The notes under the pieces are model-generated. The model worked only from the letters and a program-made list of their open reading frames with translations. It was not told the DNA's origin and searched no databases. Source: a virus (Duplodnaviria > Caudoviricetes). From it: a stretch of DNA of 64,000 nt. This document shows, piece after piece, positions 40,352 through 50,541 of this stretch (its first letter is position 1; each line of letters begins with the position of its first letter). Made by a program: the position numbers and the translations under genes. The stretch spans positions 64,001 to 128,000 of the IMG/VR virus record IMGVR_UViG_3300028048_000056. The stretch is one strand, 5' to 3'.

Positions 40352-41610
40352 CTGTTATCACCTCCTGATGTGATGTAGTTAGCAACCCATTTAGAAACGT
40401 ACATACCCGGCTGAGGTTCTGCATCACAATTACCTAATCTCGGTGTTAGATTTTTCTGACCTACAATCATTATATTATCAAAATCAGAAACGAAAGCACC
40501 TATGATATTATGCACATTGAAGTCAAAGACTGTATTAGAATTATCCTGATACTCGCTAAGTTGTACTCTACCAGGTACAGCTACCTGAGCACAACACCAA
40601 TAGGTACACCCCGGTCCTACATAAGCTAAATCCTGAACATTCGATCTCCAGTGTCTGCACAGACTGTTCGCTTCCATTACTAATTCTTTGATAACATGAA
40701 CATGGTTTTCAAGATAAACCGTACTGCCCTTGCTAATCTGCAACTTGCTAAGTCTGCAAATGTAGATTGGGTCTGTAGCAGTTAGATGCACTTCCGGACA
40801 ATCGATTACGGTAATAGTACCTATCCAATTCGTTACCAAGACCTGCCCTCTCAGATTTTTGAGTACCAAATCACCGCTACCCGAAATAAGAATAACCGGT
40901 GCTAGGAATCCATCTAGGATATAATGGTCTTGATTGATAAAACGGAACTCTACTGACTGATTAAATATTCTTTCCATATGATTTAGATTGTCCTGCGATA
41001 GGTTAACGAACAGTCTATCACTGTCAGCGGTCATTACTCGGTATAGCGAGTCTACCAAGTCAGAGCCGGAATTATCATTCTGGATTTTAATCAGATTTGG
41101 AATTAAACCGACAGGTCGTCTTAGGTATTTACCGGTATCTTTGAAATTCCTAATCTCATCTTCTAGCTTATCAAAATCTTTAGCTATCTTACTCAAATCA
41201 GACAGTATATCTGTCAGCAAAGAATCGATATGTCTAAGTGAATAACACCAATATACCTGAATAGGCAACGTTTCTAGATAATTAGTAGCACTATATAGAA
41301 TTATGGAAGAGTTGTCAACTTCAACATCTATAAAATCAGCAATCCACTTCCAATCTGTGCCAGCCTCCGGATGGAATTCTAGGAAAGGTACACCACCATC
41401 CTCAGGAGTTATACCGTCCAGGCGAGCTGCGTAGACTGTATCGTATCCCTCGATTTCGCGAGTGCTCAACTCCCAAGATAAGGTAGTTGCTTCTTGCTTA
41501 TCACCGCCTCGGCATATTGCACTTAGATTATCAGAAGGTTCTCTAAGAATGCGGTATTCGTAGAGTAGCTGTATATTTCTATTGGTTACTGAACCAATGT
41601 CATAGAACAT
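40348..41610 (-). CDS. Tail appendage paralog 2 (beta-helix-like)
   Basis: Shared N-domain NRNIQLLYEYRILR; coiled segment; beta-repeat C-terminus. Confidence 0.55.
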   Translation of the reverse strand: MFYDIGSVTNRNIQLLYEYRILREPSDNLSAICRGGDKQEATTLSWELSTREIEGYDTVYAARLDGITPEDGGVPFLEFHPEAGTDWKWIADFIDVEVDNSSIILYSATNYLETLPIQVYWCYSLRHIDSLLTDILSDLSKIAKDFDKLEDEIRNFKDTGKYLRRPVGLIPNLIKIQNDNSGSDLVDSLYRVMTADSDRLFVNLSQDNLNHMERIFNQSVEFRFINQDHYILDGFLAPVILISGSGDLVLKNLRGQVLVTNWIGTITVIDCPEVHLTATDPIYICRLSKLQISKGSTVYLENHVHVIKELVMEANSLCRHWRSNVQDLAYVGPGCTYWCCAQVAVPGRVQLSEYQDNSNTVFDFNVHNIIGAFVSDFDNIMIVGQKNLTPRLGNCDAEPQPGMYVSKWVANYITSGGDNR

Positions 41611-42846
41611 TTAATCACCACCTTGACGTATGTGTATATTATCAACATCAAATTCTAACAGACGTGACGGCATCAACTCAGCATCATGTTCTCCGCTAAC
41701 CTCGTCGATACGTCTACCAGCTACATATAAAGCAGTACTCTCACCTACAAGACTACACCACCAAGCTGTGCCAAGTATATGCGCAGGATTTATCGGAATA
41801 GGTTTATCCCAGCTGTAGAAGTAGCAACCGTGACCTATCAGCGTGACGTGCTTGATATTCAAACCGGTATATGTTAAGCTAGCCACAGTCGGTACCACGA
41901 TTAGTGTAGTACCACCTACGATACAGACATCGTCTACCGAACATTGATTGAGTACGACCAATGACCTGTGTGCGTGTAGATAATCACATTGATATCCAGA
42001 ACGAATAGAAACGGAATTGTCGACAGTCGTACGAAAATGCACCAGCCGACAATTCCAAAGATAAACCTTACCCGTACCGGTAACAAAGTTAATACCACTG
42101 TCTACGTCACGGATTACCCAGTTACCATTACCTTTGATATTGATAGAGAATCCTGAGAACGATTCTAGGTAGCGAGTACCGCCGTCAGTAATCGATATAT
42201 TTATGCTATGCTTTAACTTTCTAGGCAATGACATTAGCAGCTCCTGACTTGGGTCTACCAGAAGTTGTGCGTCTAAAGCTGATGTTATCATATAGTCAGA
42301 ATCTTGCATAGTCACTCCAGAAGTACTGTCAGCAAATTGAATTATGTTCTGGTCTCTACCAGAAATGGCAGCAATACCTTTCGGCTGATTCTTTCGGTCG
42401 TTAAACGCTTTTCGCAGTTTTTCTACGTCGAGTTCGTCTAGGGCTTCTAGATAAGCATCGATTGCCTTTCGGATGCTGTCTAAAGAACTAACCCAGTATA
42501 CCCTAACTTGAACTGGTTCTGTAAATGTAGCTGACTTACCATAGATTGTAGCATCATTCAGATACAACAATGTTTCTAGGTGTTTTCTATCAGCTTCATT
42601 CTTGGTATCAAATTCTAGATATGGTATGTATCCGTCACGTATTTCTACGTCTAAGTTAAATGCGTATACCGGGTAGCCATCGTCAGTTTCCAGCTCTGTA
42701 GTCACGCCCTCGAATATTTCGGTGACTTCGGGCTCACCTGCATCGTAGATAGCTGACAAGAAGTCCGATGGCTGTCGCAATATTCTGTAATAATGCAGTA
42801 AGGACAGGTCTCGATTACTAATCTCATTCATCTGATACATTCTCAT
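41611..42846 (-). CDS. Tail appendage paralog 1 (beta-helix-like)
   Basis: Shared N-domain NRDLSLLHYYRILR; RBS GGAGG before 42846. Confidence 0.55.
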   Translation of the reverse strand: MRMYQMNEISNRDLSLLHYYRILRQPSDFLSAIYDAGEPEVTEIFEGVTTELETDDGYPVYAFNLDVEIRDGYIPYLEFDTKNEADRKHLETLLYLNDATIYGKSATFTEPVQVRVYWVSSLDSIRKAIDAYLEALDELDVEKLRKAFNDRKNQPKGIAAISGRDQNIIQFADSTSGVTMQDSDYMITSALDAQLLVDPSQELLMSLPRKLKHSINISITDGGTRYLESFSGFSINIKGNGNWVIRDVDSGINFVTGTGKVYLWNCRLVHFRTTVDNSVSIRSGYQCDYLHAHRSLVVLNQCSVDDVCIVGGTTLIVVPTVASLTYTGLNIKHVTLIGHGCYFYSWDKPIPINPAHILGTAWWCSLVGESTALYVAGRRIDEVSGEHDAELMPSRLLEFDVDNIHIRQGGD

Positions 42847-44791
42847 TGTCCTCCGGATTCTCATCCTCGATAGGTTCATCTTCACCGTCATATTCAGGCT
42901 GCGGTCCCTGTTCTGTTGAACTTGCAGCGTCTGACGCGTCTTCCTCGATTACCTGAGTATCATGTCTATATACTTCTGCATACAGGATTTCTTCATCTGT
43001 CTGCTCTGCATGTAGTCTTAAGAATGCTTGTCTGTTCTCTTCAAAGAATGACACATCTCCGTCTGAAGTCGCATAAGACTTTTGTTCGTCTTCCCAGGCC
43101 TGAGCTAGATTATGATACTGGAATAGGAAAGTGCCTGAACCCTTAGCAAGTGGCTCATCAAATGGGACACCTATACTGGTACCTGCTGGTACCGCGATTA
43201 CGCGAATGTGTGTATCTTTATTTATTGTTATACTATTGCTGTACCGCAATGCGTTAGCTGCTAACGCATACACCACGGTATCGTTGTTGTTTGTATATTG
43301 ATACGGTGATGAACCATCAACGGTATAATATAGGTCTGCGTTGTCTGCGTCGGTGGTAATCGTGATAATCTGTTCACGTTCACTCAACAATTCATTACCT
43401 GTTGGTATTACACCAGGTACCGGTGAAAAATAGATACGTTTCGGTGGTATTACATCAACTGTAACCTTGATTACTTCGGTGTACTCGCCACCGCCACCAC
43501 CTCCTCCGCCACCGGAAGTAGGCATGGGCATAAGAACTTTGTCGCAGTCTAGGTCACCATTATAACCAGAAACTCGACCTACCCAGCTATGCTGAAATAT
43601 ATAAACCTTAGTGTAGGTAGATTCTGGCAGATAACTTTCTAAGGTAGCACGAGTAGCACTTTCAAACGGAAAATCGACATAAGCAGCCCAGATTGGTTTG
43701 TCACCAATAGATGATGCGGGATATATCGTGAAGGTTCCTGCAGAACTGTAGACACCTGCAAGAGGATAATCTGCGTTATCGAACACATTCATGAAACGCT
43801 CGACAAACGCATAATTGATATTAGTATCAGCAGATGGTGTGGGGTCTCGACTGCCACCCTGTTCGGTGTCAATCCACACTCCCATATTAACCTTATCTTT
43901 TGTAGCACCAATTGTCTGAAGATAAGCTAAAGCGTCCTCGAAAGCTGAGGTCATATCGTTCTCATAATTCGCATAGTTATAGAAATAGATACCCAGACCC
44001 AATCCTGCATCGAGTACCCGCTGTACTGCTTCCGCTGGATTAAAACTCGACGCAGCCTCAAAACCAGAATTTCGGATAGCACCAACCTGGATAATCACAC
44101 CACCACTACCACTGTTAGCAATAGCATCGATACAGGTATTCAGGCTACCATTAACCACCTGTGCCCATGATATATCATAACACTCAGTCTGTGGGAAAAA
44201 CGGCTCACTCGGAGTATCACCACCCGGTGGTCCATAATCAGTAGCAGTTTTATCCAGCGGTATATAATCCCAATTATTACCGTTGTCAACGGCATCTGGA
44301 AAATTCCAACCTGTAGGTAGCGTTGCAGAGTCAAAAGCTAAAATCGGGTCACCTATACGACTACCGCCCTGCCGAACATCATAATGCAGATGAGCACCTT
44401 GTGAATCACCGGTATTGCCGATGAGTCCCACCGTATCTCCTTGCTTAACTTCATCACCTACCGATACGGGAAGTGAGTTCTCGACCAGGTGCATAAAGTA
44501 ATGAGTTCGTCCATTTCCCTCATCGATAGCTACCGAAGTACCCATACCGTCGTTCCAGCCTGTCTGGTTAGCAACGATTACTGTACCGAACACTGGCGTT
44601 CTGGCAGGTACCGTTAATGCAGTGCCAGTACCCATATCCCAGGCATCTAGATGATGATGGCTGGTAGGTCTTGCATAATGACCATCACTGTCTACCAATG
44701 CTAATTGGAAAAATCTAGGAAGACTCATCTGATTACCTGAAGTGTCTCTTAATACTACTTGACCTGAAGTATTGTATTCATTTCCCATCAA
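42824..44791 (-). CDS. Multi-domain peptidoglycan hydrolase: M23 peptidase + GH25 muramidase + FN3/chitobiase-like domain
   Basis: HLDAWD, YFMHL, GNTGDSQGAHLHY (M23); YDISWAQ, IDTE, FQHSWVGRVSGYNGDLDCD (GH25); LYYTVDGSSP. Confidence 0.85.
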   Translation of the reverse strand: MMGNEYNTSGQVVLRDTSGNQMSLPRFFQLALVDSDGHYARPTSHHHLDAWDMGTGTALTVPARTPVFGTVIVANQTGWNDGMGTSVAIDEGNGRTHYFMHLVENSLPVSVGDEVKQGDTVGLIGNTGDSQGAHLHYDVRQGGSRIGDPILAFDSATLPTGWNFPDAVDNGNNWDYIPLDKTATDYGPPGGDTPSEPFFPQTECYDISWAQVVNGSLNTCIDAIANSGSGGVIIQVGAIRNSGFEAASSFNPAEAVQRVLDAGLGLGIYFYNYANYENDMTSAFEDALAYLQTIGATKDKVNMGVWIDTEQGGSRDPTPSADTNINYAFVERFMNVFDNADYPLAGVYSSAGTFTIYPASSIGDKPIWAAYVDFPFESATRATLESYLPESTYTKVYIFQHSWVGRVSGYNGDLDCDKVLMPMPTSGGGGGGGGGEYTEVIKVTVDVIPPKRIYFSPVPGVIPTGNELLSEREQIITITTDADNADLYYTVDGSSPYQYTNNNDTVVYALAANALRYSNSITINKDTHIRVIAVPAGTSIGVPFDEPLAKGSGTFLFQYHNLAQAWEDEQKSYATSDGDVSFFEENRQAFLRLHAEQTDEEILYAEVYRHDTQVIEEDASDAASSTEQGPQPEYDGEDEPIEDENPEDNENVSDE

Positions 44792-46075
44792 TCACTCCTC
44801 CATTCCTTGTATCCAGTTTGAGTAATCACTCTTGTCATAGGTTGTGTCCTCATCATGTAAGAACAGAAATCCTCGAGCATCTTCTGCTTCTGGAATATTA
44901 CCGGACGCGTCTCGCATGAAGGTAGCGTGCCTTGCTGCTAGAAGTAGCATTGTAGCTTTCGCATCGCTACCGTCATTAGCAGAATTGGTAAAGTAAGCAG
45001 ATGACCTACCCCAATCTTGACTATGAGTAGCAACATCTGTTATCACGCATCGGAAATGCACAGGAAACTGCGTCCTGATAGTCGGTACATAGTCTTTAGA
45101 GCGTTCATAGTCATTAGTACCATCAGCATTTAGGAACAGAGTTCGGCCATGAAGTAACGGGTCAGAATTATTTAAGGTGAACATCATTACGATACCCTCT
45201 TTAATTGCCTGCTGCCACTCTGCATCAGTTTCACTATTGGTGTATCTATATGTGTAGAATGGTATGAACTCTAACCAGGAATCTGAAAATCGGTCAGTCG
45301 CCACTCTACCTGATTCATCTACTACCAATTCAGCAGTACGGAAATAACCGGGAATCACACTATTAAACTCACCATTCTGCTTCCTAATCTGATACTGGAA
45401 CTCTAACTTCTGAACAAATTTGAGTTCTATATCAAGAGACTCCAATGATTGAGACTTATTCTCAGTTGCTTCCGATGCTGTGATAGAGTCACCATTACCC
45501 TTGACATATCGCAAAACCTTAGCTGCCTCAGTATCTTGAATTGTCCATGTAGCCGCTAAATCAGCCGGGTCGCTGTCTTGCAAGTATTTCGTACCAGCTG
45601 CACATGATTTGGGAATCGCTTGACCACCAGTATTAGGACCACTCCCAGCATTTAACCCATACGCATTACCGTTCAGATAATCTACAAAAATATCGCAATG
45701 GCTATGAGAACCAGAAGCTCTTATGTCACCGGGGTGAACATCTGAAGCATCGAATGGTAGAACTGCCCAGTCTGGTGATATATTACCATTCGCGTCTTTT
45801 ACGAAATTACTGGTAGCATCTGTCAGATACCAACCGTCACCTGTATGACCGGCTACCGACGACACACCCCAATTCGGGTCATAACCCATCACACGAATAA
45901 TGCACTGAATTACTCCAGTACAGTCACAACGGCATTGATACGAAGAACCGTCTATATCCAGAGTAACTGATATTTCGGAACCATAGCTACCTGATGGGTG
46001 AGCCACACCTAGAGCTGCGTATACCTTAGCAGCTGCGGTTAAGAAAGTTGACTCAGCCGCATCCCAAGCTTCCAT
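44792..46075 (-). CDS. NlpC/P60-CHAP-like amidase domain protein
   Basis: CDCTGVI...PGDI...HSHCDIF Cys/His dyad; unknown C-domain. Confidence 0.6.
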   Translation of the reverse strand: MEAWDAAESTFLTAAAKVYAALGVAHPSGSYGSEISVTLDIDGSSYQCRCDCTGVIQCIIRVMGYDPNWGVSSVAGHTGDGWYLTDATSNFVKDANGNISPDWAVLPFDASDVHPGDIRASGSHSHCDIFVDYLNGNAYGLNAGSGPNTGGQAIPKSCAAGTKYLQDSDPADLAATWTIQDTEAAKVLRYVKGNGDSITASEATENKSQSLESLDIELKFVQKLEFQYQIRKQNGEFNSVIPGYFRTAELVVDESGRVATDRFSDSWLEFIPFYTYRYTNSETDAEWQQAIKEGIVMMFTLNNSDPLLHGRTLFLNADGTNDYERSKDYVPTIRTQFPVHFRCVITDVATHSQDWGRSSAYFTNSANDGSDAKATMLLLAARHATFMRDASGNIPEAEDARGFLFLHDEDTTYDKSDYSNWIQGMEE

Positions 46076-46730
46076 TGTACCACCCCTTATCTACCGTATA
46101 ATAACCGGCAACACCACTCATAATCATCTCCTCACGATGTCGGTCGAAAATTTCCTCTACCCGCATTATGCTACGAGTTTTATTCTCGACATCATCTCGG
46201 AGTAAGAACAGCTGCATTCGGTTAAGATTTCCTTTCCAATTACGTTTGCGAACATTTTTATCAGTGGTCTTAGTCAATATCGCTCGCTCGACGTTTGCAC
46301 CAGATACCTCGATGAAATAGATACCCCAGTCTCCGTCTTGATTGTGGTAATACAATCTAAGACCGCTGAACACTCTCTCACGGATAATCTGCTTGTAAAG
46401 TTCCTCTCGCTCTATTGTAAGGAGCCTTAAGGATTCGATGCAATGCTCGGTATTTTCCAGTAGATACAATGACTCTATAACCTTGATATAACGATTAAGG
46501 ATACGAGTACCTCTATCCCAGTCTTTCACGTCATCAGGAAGAAAGAGACGGTTCACTTCAAGTTGTGTGCCAGATTCATCATCACGTAGAATGAACCCGT
46601 CATAGAACTTGCAGCCCATCTCTTTCAACTCTCTATATTCAGGAATTCGATTTCCTATCTCGAACAGCCTGTTACGTCTTTCGATAATATCTTGCATATA
46701 AAAGAAGCTTGGTATTTCCATCACAATCAC
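46053..46730 (-). CDS. Hypothetical protein
   Basis: 225 aa, coupled in operon. Confidence 0.6.
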   Translation of the reverse strand: MIVMEIPSFFYMQDIIERRNRLFEIGNRIPEYRELKEMGCKFYDGFILRDDESGTQLEVNRLFLPDDVKDWDRGTRILNRYIKVIESLYLLENTEHCIESLRLLTIEREELYKQIIRERVFSGLRLYYHNQDGDWGIYFIEVSGANVERAILTKTTDKNVRKRNWKGNLNRMQLFLLRDDVENKTRSIMRVEEIFDRHREEMIMSGVAGYYTVDKGWYNGSLGCG

Positions 46731-47101
46731 GCTCCAATTCGTCTAGGCATCCTTCCGCTTTCAACGATACAAAGCATCCTGAGAAATCGTATTAGATACC
46801 AGAACGTGTGGAGATAACTGCGAGCATCAGTTTCAGGATGTGTTCTGGTTGCTGTGATGTCTCTCCGAATTATATCATGCAGCTTCTTCTTTAACTCTGG
46901 GTCCTGACTTTCGTCTGCTGTAACCAGCTCGTTAATCCAGGATTTTGGAAGATTATCAAGAATGAAGAACGCATCAGAACAATAGGTCGAAATTGTTCTT
47001 CTCTTTACACCTGGCTTAATCTGCTCCATAAACGAAAAGAATGCTGTGCGTATACATTCAACCTGATACAGGTCATTTTTTATCAACAATACTGTCCCAT
47101 T
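46727..47101 (-). CDS. Hypothetical protein
   Basis: Probable start MNGTV; coupled to the next gene. Confidence 0.5.
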   Translation of the reverse strand, partial: NGTVLLIKNDLYQVECIRTAFFSFMEQIKPGVKRRTISTYCSDAFFILDNLPKSWINELVTADESQDPELKKKLHDIIRRDITATRTHPETDARSYLHTFWYLIRFLRMLCIVESGRMPRRIGA

Positions 47102-47981
47102 CATCCTGCCAAGGCACCTCCCTGCGAAGAAAAAGTCTAGTAGGGTCGAATGTGTTTCTGCGAGCATTAAGCTCTTTCTTTGTCCAGAGTGCTTTGTTTC
47201 GAGGGTTCTTACTCTTGAGATATTCTGTTATCCAGCCTTTGTGGTATTCCTCAGCCTCTCTGCGGTGAGCTTTACTTTCATAGATTGAGCTCTGATTATC
47301 ACCGCCGAATTCTTTCATAACCAGATTCTTGTTCATAGCGAGTCCGTGCTTAGCAAGAACCCAATCCAGCTCGAACTGCACATCTTCAGGAGGAGAACCA
47401 GGTAAACAGCTTGTTTCACCATTCATATAAACTGGCTCATAGCCGTACTTGACTAGATTAGGAATACACGCAATCTGAAGAAATCCTGAAGGAGTGCTCT
47501 TTGACAAGAACCACGCTTCATGCCGTTTCGGAAACTCTACACACTGTTTCTTAAAAGGTTCCGTCATAGGAGTCAGAGCTTTAATAATCGTACCGGCAGC
47601 TGCCAGTCTATCTCCATCAGGTCCTTTGAGTTCTTTCGTGAAAAATTCCTCGCCGTTGAAATATGGGTACAGCGCCCGGTCATCGTCCATAATGACTAAC
47701 CAGTCATAATCTGACTCATACAGCTCCTTTAATAGATAATTTCGATTTGCACCAGGATATGCTGCCGGTACTGGCATACTGGTTATCTCGAAAGGTACAT
47801 CGTAAAGACAGTCATAGTCAGAATCATCTCCCCACGCACTCTCGACACGGTAATATAAATCATCTGGCGTTAGGAAGGTAGACAACCAATCCAGCTGCTT
47901 TCTGTGATTTATAATTCGCTGAGCCTTTCGCTTACCGTCAGGCGGAATAAAACTTATCGTACCATACATTACCTTACCCAT
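47073..47981 (-). CDS. GT-A fold glycosyltransferase, paralog B
   Basis: ANRNYLL...DYDWLVIMDDDR, PPEDV; RBS AAGGAGGT. Confidence 0.7.
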   Translation of the reverse strand: MGKVMYGTISFIPPDGKRKAQRIINHRKQLDWLSTFLTPDDLYYRVESAWGDDSDYDCLYDVPFEITSMPVPAAYPGANRNYLLKELYESDYDWLVIMDDDRALYPYFNGEEFFTKELKGPDGDRLAAAGTIIKALTPMTEPFKKQCVEFPKRHEAWFLSKSTPSGFLQIACIPNLVKYGYEPVYMNGETSCLPGSPPEDVQFELDWVLAKHGLAMNKNLVMKEFGGDNQSSIYESKAHRREAEEYHKGWITEYLKSKNPRNKALWTKKELNARRNTFDPTRLFLRREVPWQDEWDSIVDKK

Positions 47982-48017
47982 AATTAACCTCCTTAGTGTC
48001 GGTATTTTCGTAATATT

Positions 48018-48050
48018 ATTATATAACACCACACGAGTCAGAAACGAACT
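48018..48050 (-). promoter_or_regulatory. AGTTCG-N21-TATAAT promoter
   Basis: Motif family member. Confidence 0.7.
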
Positions 48051-48571
48051 TATGTGGTGTTATCCAAGATATTCTTAATTTCGTCATATCTATCATACGA
48101 CGTGAGTGGCTCATAATCTAAATCCCACAACCCTTTCGTCTTTTCCAAGAACCGTGGGTCATTAAAGTCTGTGACATATTCGCGAGTTTTCTGGTCAACC
48201 CACATTACGCTACCGAACAGATGAAGCCGATACTCACGTAGAAACCCTCCCAGCCACTCTACGGGAAGATTGGCTCTCAGGTAGAGTTGAAATTTTATTC
48301 TTACCTGAGGTGGTATCGGTCGTGCGTATGCTAAATCTTTCTTACGAATTACATTGCAGCAGGCTTCATAAGCCGGCATGGTATCTGCAGTTATTCTGTA
48401 GAATGACTCGTTGATTAGGAGTATTCCTTGCACATACATACCTACATAGGTCATCAGGCTTGCATACTCCGCTTGCTGATTTCTTGGCAGCTCGAGTGCG
48501 TCTTGATAATCATGTGGTTTAGCCTTAATAACACCTAATACTTTGGCAGCTTGATACTCGATAGGCGACAT
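48050..48571 (-). CDS. Hypothetical protein
   Basis: RBS GAGGTG; 173 aa. Confidence 0.65.
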   Translation of the reverse strand: MSPIEYQAAKVLGVIKAKPHDYQDALELPRNQQAEYASLMTYVGMYVQGILLINESFYRITADTMPAYEACCNVIRKKDLAYARPIPPQVRIKFQLYLRANLPVEWLGGFLREYRLHLFGSVMWVDQKTREYVTDFNDPRFLEKTKGLWDLDYEPLTSYDRYDEIKNILDNTT

Positions 48572-48586
48572 GACACATCACCTCTC

Positions 48587-49465
48587 TTATCTTGGCTTAC
48601 GACGCTGTAGATAAACTCCAAGTAGGTTGGTTAGCTCCTGGGAATCTGTTCTTGCTGCGAACTTATCGATAAACCTGTCAATGACCTCGTCTGTAATGAC
48701 TGTGGTGGGTTCTTCCCAGTGGTCGACGCTGGTATTCAAGGAAACCAACTTCTTGTTACGCATAACAGCGTCCTGATGCTCGATTAGCTTAGACTGAATC
48801 TTACGCTTATTGGTAACCTTGACAATGTTAGCGTAGATATCATCTACACTGTCGAACTCACGCAGCAATTCGATACCAGTTGTCTCGCCGATTCCAGGTA
48901 CACCGGGAATGTTATCAGAGCCATCGCCTATGAGTGCTTTCAAAGACACAAGCTGCTTAGGTGCAATCTTCTTCTCAGCGAAGAATAATGCATCGTCCCA
49001 AAGGACGTGTCTGCCATTCGTTTTCAGCTGAATTACCTTAACATTCTTCTGCAAAAGCTGAAGCCAGTCAGCGTCGACAGTCAGTAGCGTTATCTCATCT
49101 GTAGCTGCGTAGCGTTCAACGAACGCACCTGCGAGGTCATCTGCTTCTCTACCAGGTTGCTTATAAACAGTACCTATCATAGCGCCCAGTTCAAGAATGA
49201 AGTCTACCTGGTCATAGAATGACGGTTCAGCGGCAGTTCGGTTAGCTTTGTAATCAGGGAACAGCTGCTTGCGTTCATCAGCCGAGCCTGGCATGTCGGT
49301 TACAAAGATTGGGTAATAATCTTCCACTGAATGCACTCGGCTTAAAAACTGTTTGAAGAAACCGATAATAACAGAAGTAGGTTCACCTTTATCATTGGTC
49401 AAATCAGGGTAACCGTATAGAGCTCTGAAGCTCAAGGCGTATGTGTCTATCACAAGATACTTCAT
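48587..49465 (-). CDS. 5'-3' exonuclease / flap endonuclease (PolI N-domain type)
   Basis: LVIDT, YKANR, EADDL, DADWLQL, LIGDGSDNIPGVPGIGE. Confidence 0.95.
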   Translation of the reverse strand: MKYLVIDTYALSFRALYGYPDLTNDKGEPTSVIIGFFKQFLSRVHSVEDYYPIFVTDMPGSADERKQLFPDYKANRTAAEPSFYDQVDFILELGAMIGTVYKQPGREADDLAGAFVERYAATDEITLLTVDADWLQLLQKNVKVIQLKTNGRHVLWDDALFFAEKKIAPKQLVSLKALIGDGSDNIPGVPGIGETTGIELLREFDSVDDIYANIVKVTNKRKIQSKLIEHQDAVMRNKKLVSLNTSVDHWEEPTTVITDEVIDRFIDKFAARTDSQELTNLLGVYLQRRKPR

Positions 49466-49519
49466 TAGACTCCTCCTTAGAAATCATCTTATAAAAGCCT
49501 TACACTTTATATTATCTCA

Positions 49520-49551
49520 ATTATAACATTTTTTGGGTGTTATTTCGAAGT
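49520..49551 (-). promoter_or_regulatory. ACTTCG-N20-TATAAT promoter
   Basis: Motif family member. Confidence 0.75.
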
Positions 49552-49554
49552 TCC

Positions 49555-49923
49555 TTAACCAGCAAGGCAATCCACCAGCTGGTCTGGCAGCACAGCAGGC
49601 ACGCAAGGGAATTCATCTACGGTACACAGCGCGTCACGCATATCAAATTCAAATTCAAGATTATACTGCTTATGCACTTCAGAATCCTTGATTACACGAA
49701 ATTCGTGCTCCGTACATAGTCGGGTAAAGTCCTCGACATCACGGATGCCACTCTCAACCTCAATGCGAGTTGTCTGATAGGTGGTAGAGGTGACAGCTGC
49801 CGCAATCAGGTTAGCACCACGCTTCATGATATACAAGTCGATAGGCTCGTTCTTAGGTACACCTTCAATCTTTACTCTACAGGTTTGCTTATACATTGAA
49901 TTCATCCTTTCCAAAATAGACAT
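49555..49923 (-). CDS. Hypothetical protein
   Basis: ORF; true start may be MYKQ at 49896 after GGAAAGG. Confidence 0.55.
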   Translation of the reverse strand: MSILERMNSMYKQTCRVKIEGVPKNEPIDLYIMKRGANLIAAAVTSTTYQTTRIEVESGIRDVEDFTRLCTEHEFRVIKDSEVHKQYNLEFEFDMRDALCTVDEFPCVPAVLPDQLVDCLAG

Positions 49924-49930
49924 AAGAACT

Positions 49931-49988
49931 GCTTAGATGCTACGGTGTCGGTACACTATATGTACACAACAAGACCGTGCATTTAAGC
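49931..49988. repeat. 58-bp inverted-repeat element, copy 4
   Basis: GCTTAGATGC-N38-GCATTTAAGC; flanks nearly identical to copy 3 (ACCGTGCATTTAAGCAGTACCGCG). Confidence 0.9.
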
Positions 49989-50001
49989 AGTACCGCGTTT
50001 C

Positions 50002-50487
50002 TTATACCAGACTGTCGTCTGTTTCGTCTCCTTCTTCGTCTACCTGACAGCAGTTCTCGCAGCAGTTCCCACCACTGCCGCTGCCTTTCTTAGATGAACC
50101 GAGTAGGTATGGAGCATCTGCATCACCATTGATTGTTTTGAGATATAGATACGCATACCAATCTGGGTTCTGCCGAAACGTATCGAAACTGAACATGATA
50201 CGCAGACGAACCGTTCCTTCAAGACCAAGCGAGTCTAGCCATGTGCTAGGTACTACAATCTCAGGACGTTCACCAACTTGCTGGAATAGTTTCCAGCTGT
50301 CGTCGCTCGAGTCAATAATATGCTTATCATTATCCTCGACGTTCCAAGTCACCTTGGTTAACCGACCACGGAAGTTCTTCGGCATTAGGAATCTCAGGTC
50401 AATATCATGACCCCATTCCTTGATTTTCATGAATCCACAGGTAGTGAATTCAGCGGGATTCGTTAAGATATCAATCTGATTTCTCAT
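50002..50487 (-). CDS. Hypothetical protein with C-terminal CCENCC/acidic tail
   Basis: RBS AAGGAGAAGAGG before MRNQ. Confidence 0.6.
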   Translation of the reverse strand: MRNQIDILTNPAEFTTCGFMKIKEWGHDIDLRFLMPKNFRGRLTKVTWNVEDNDKHIIDSSDDSWKLFQQVGERPEIVVPSTWLDSLGLEGTVRLRIMFSFDTFRQNPDWYAYLYLKTINGDADAPYLLGSSKKGSGSGGNCCENCCQVDEEGDETDDSLV

Positions 50488-50541
50488 GAACCTCTTCTCC
50501 TTTTCATTAGATTTATGCAACACAGCAAAGCTGTGGTAACA

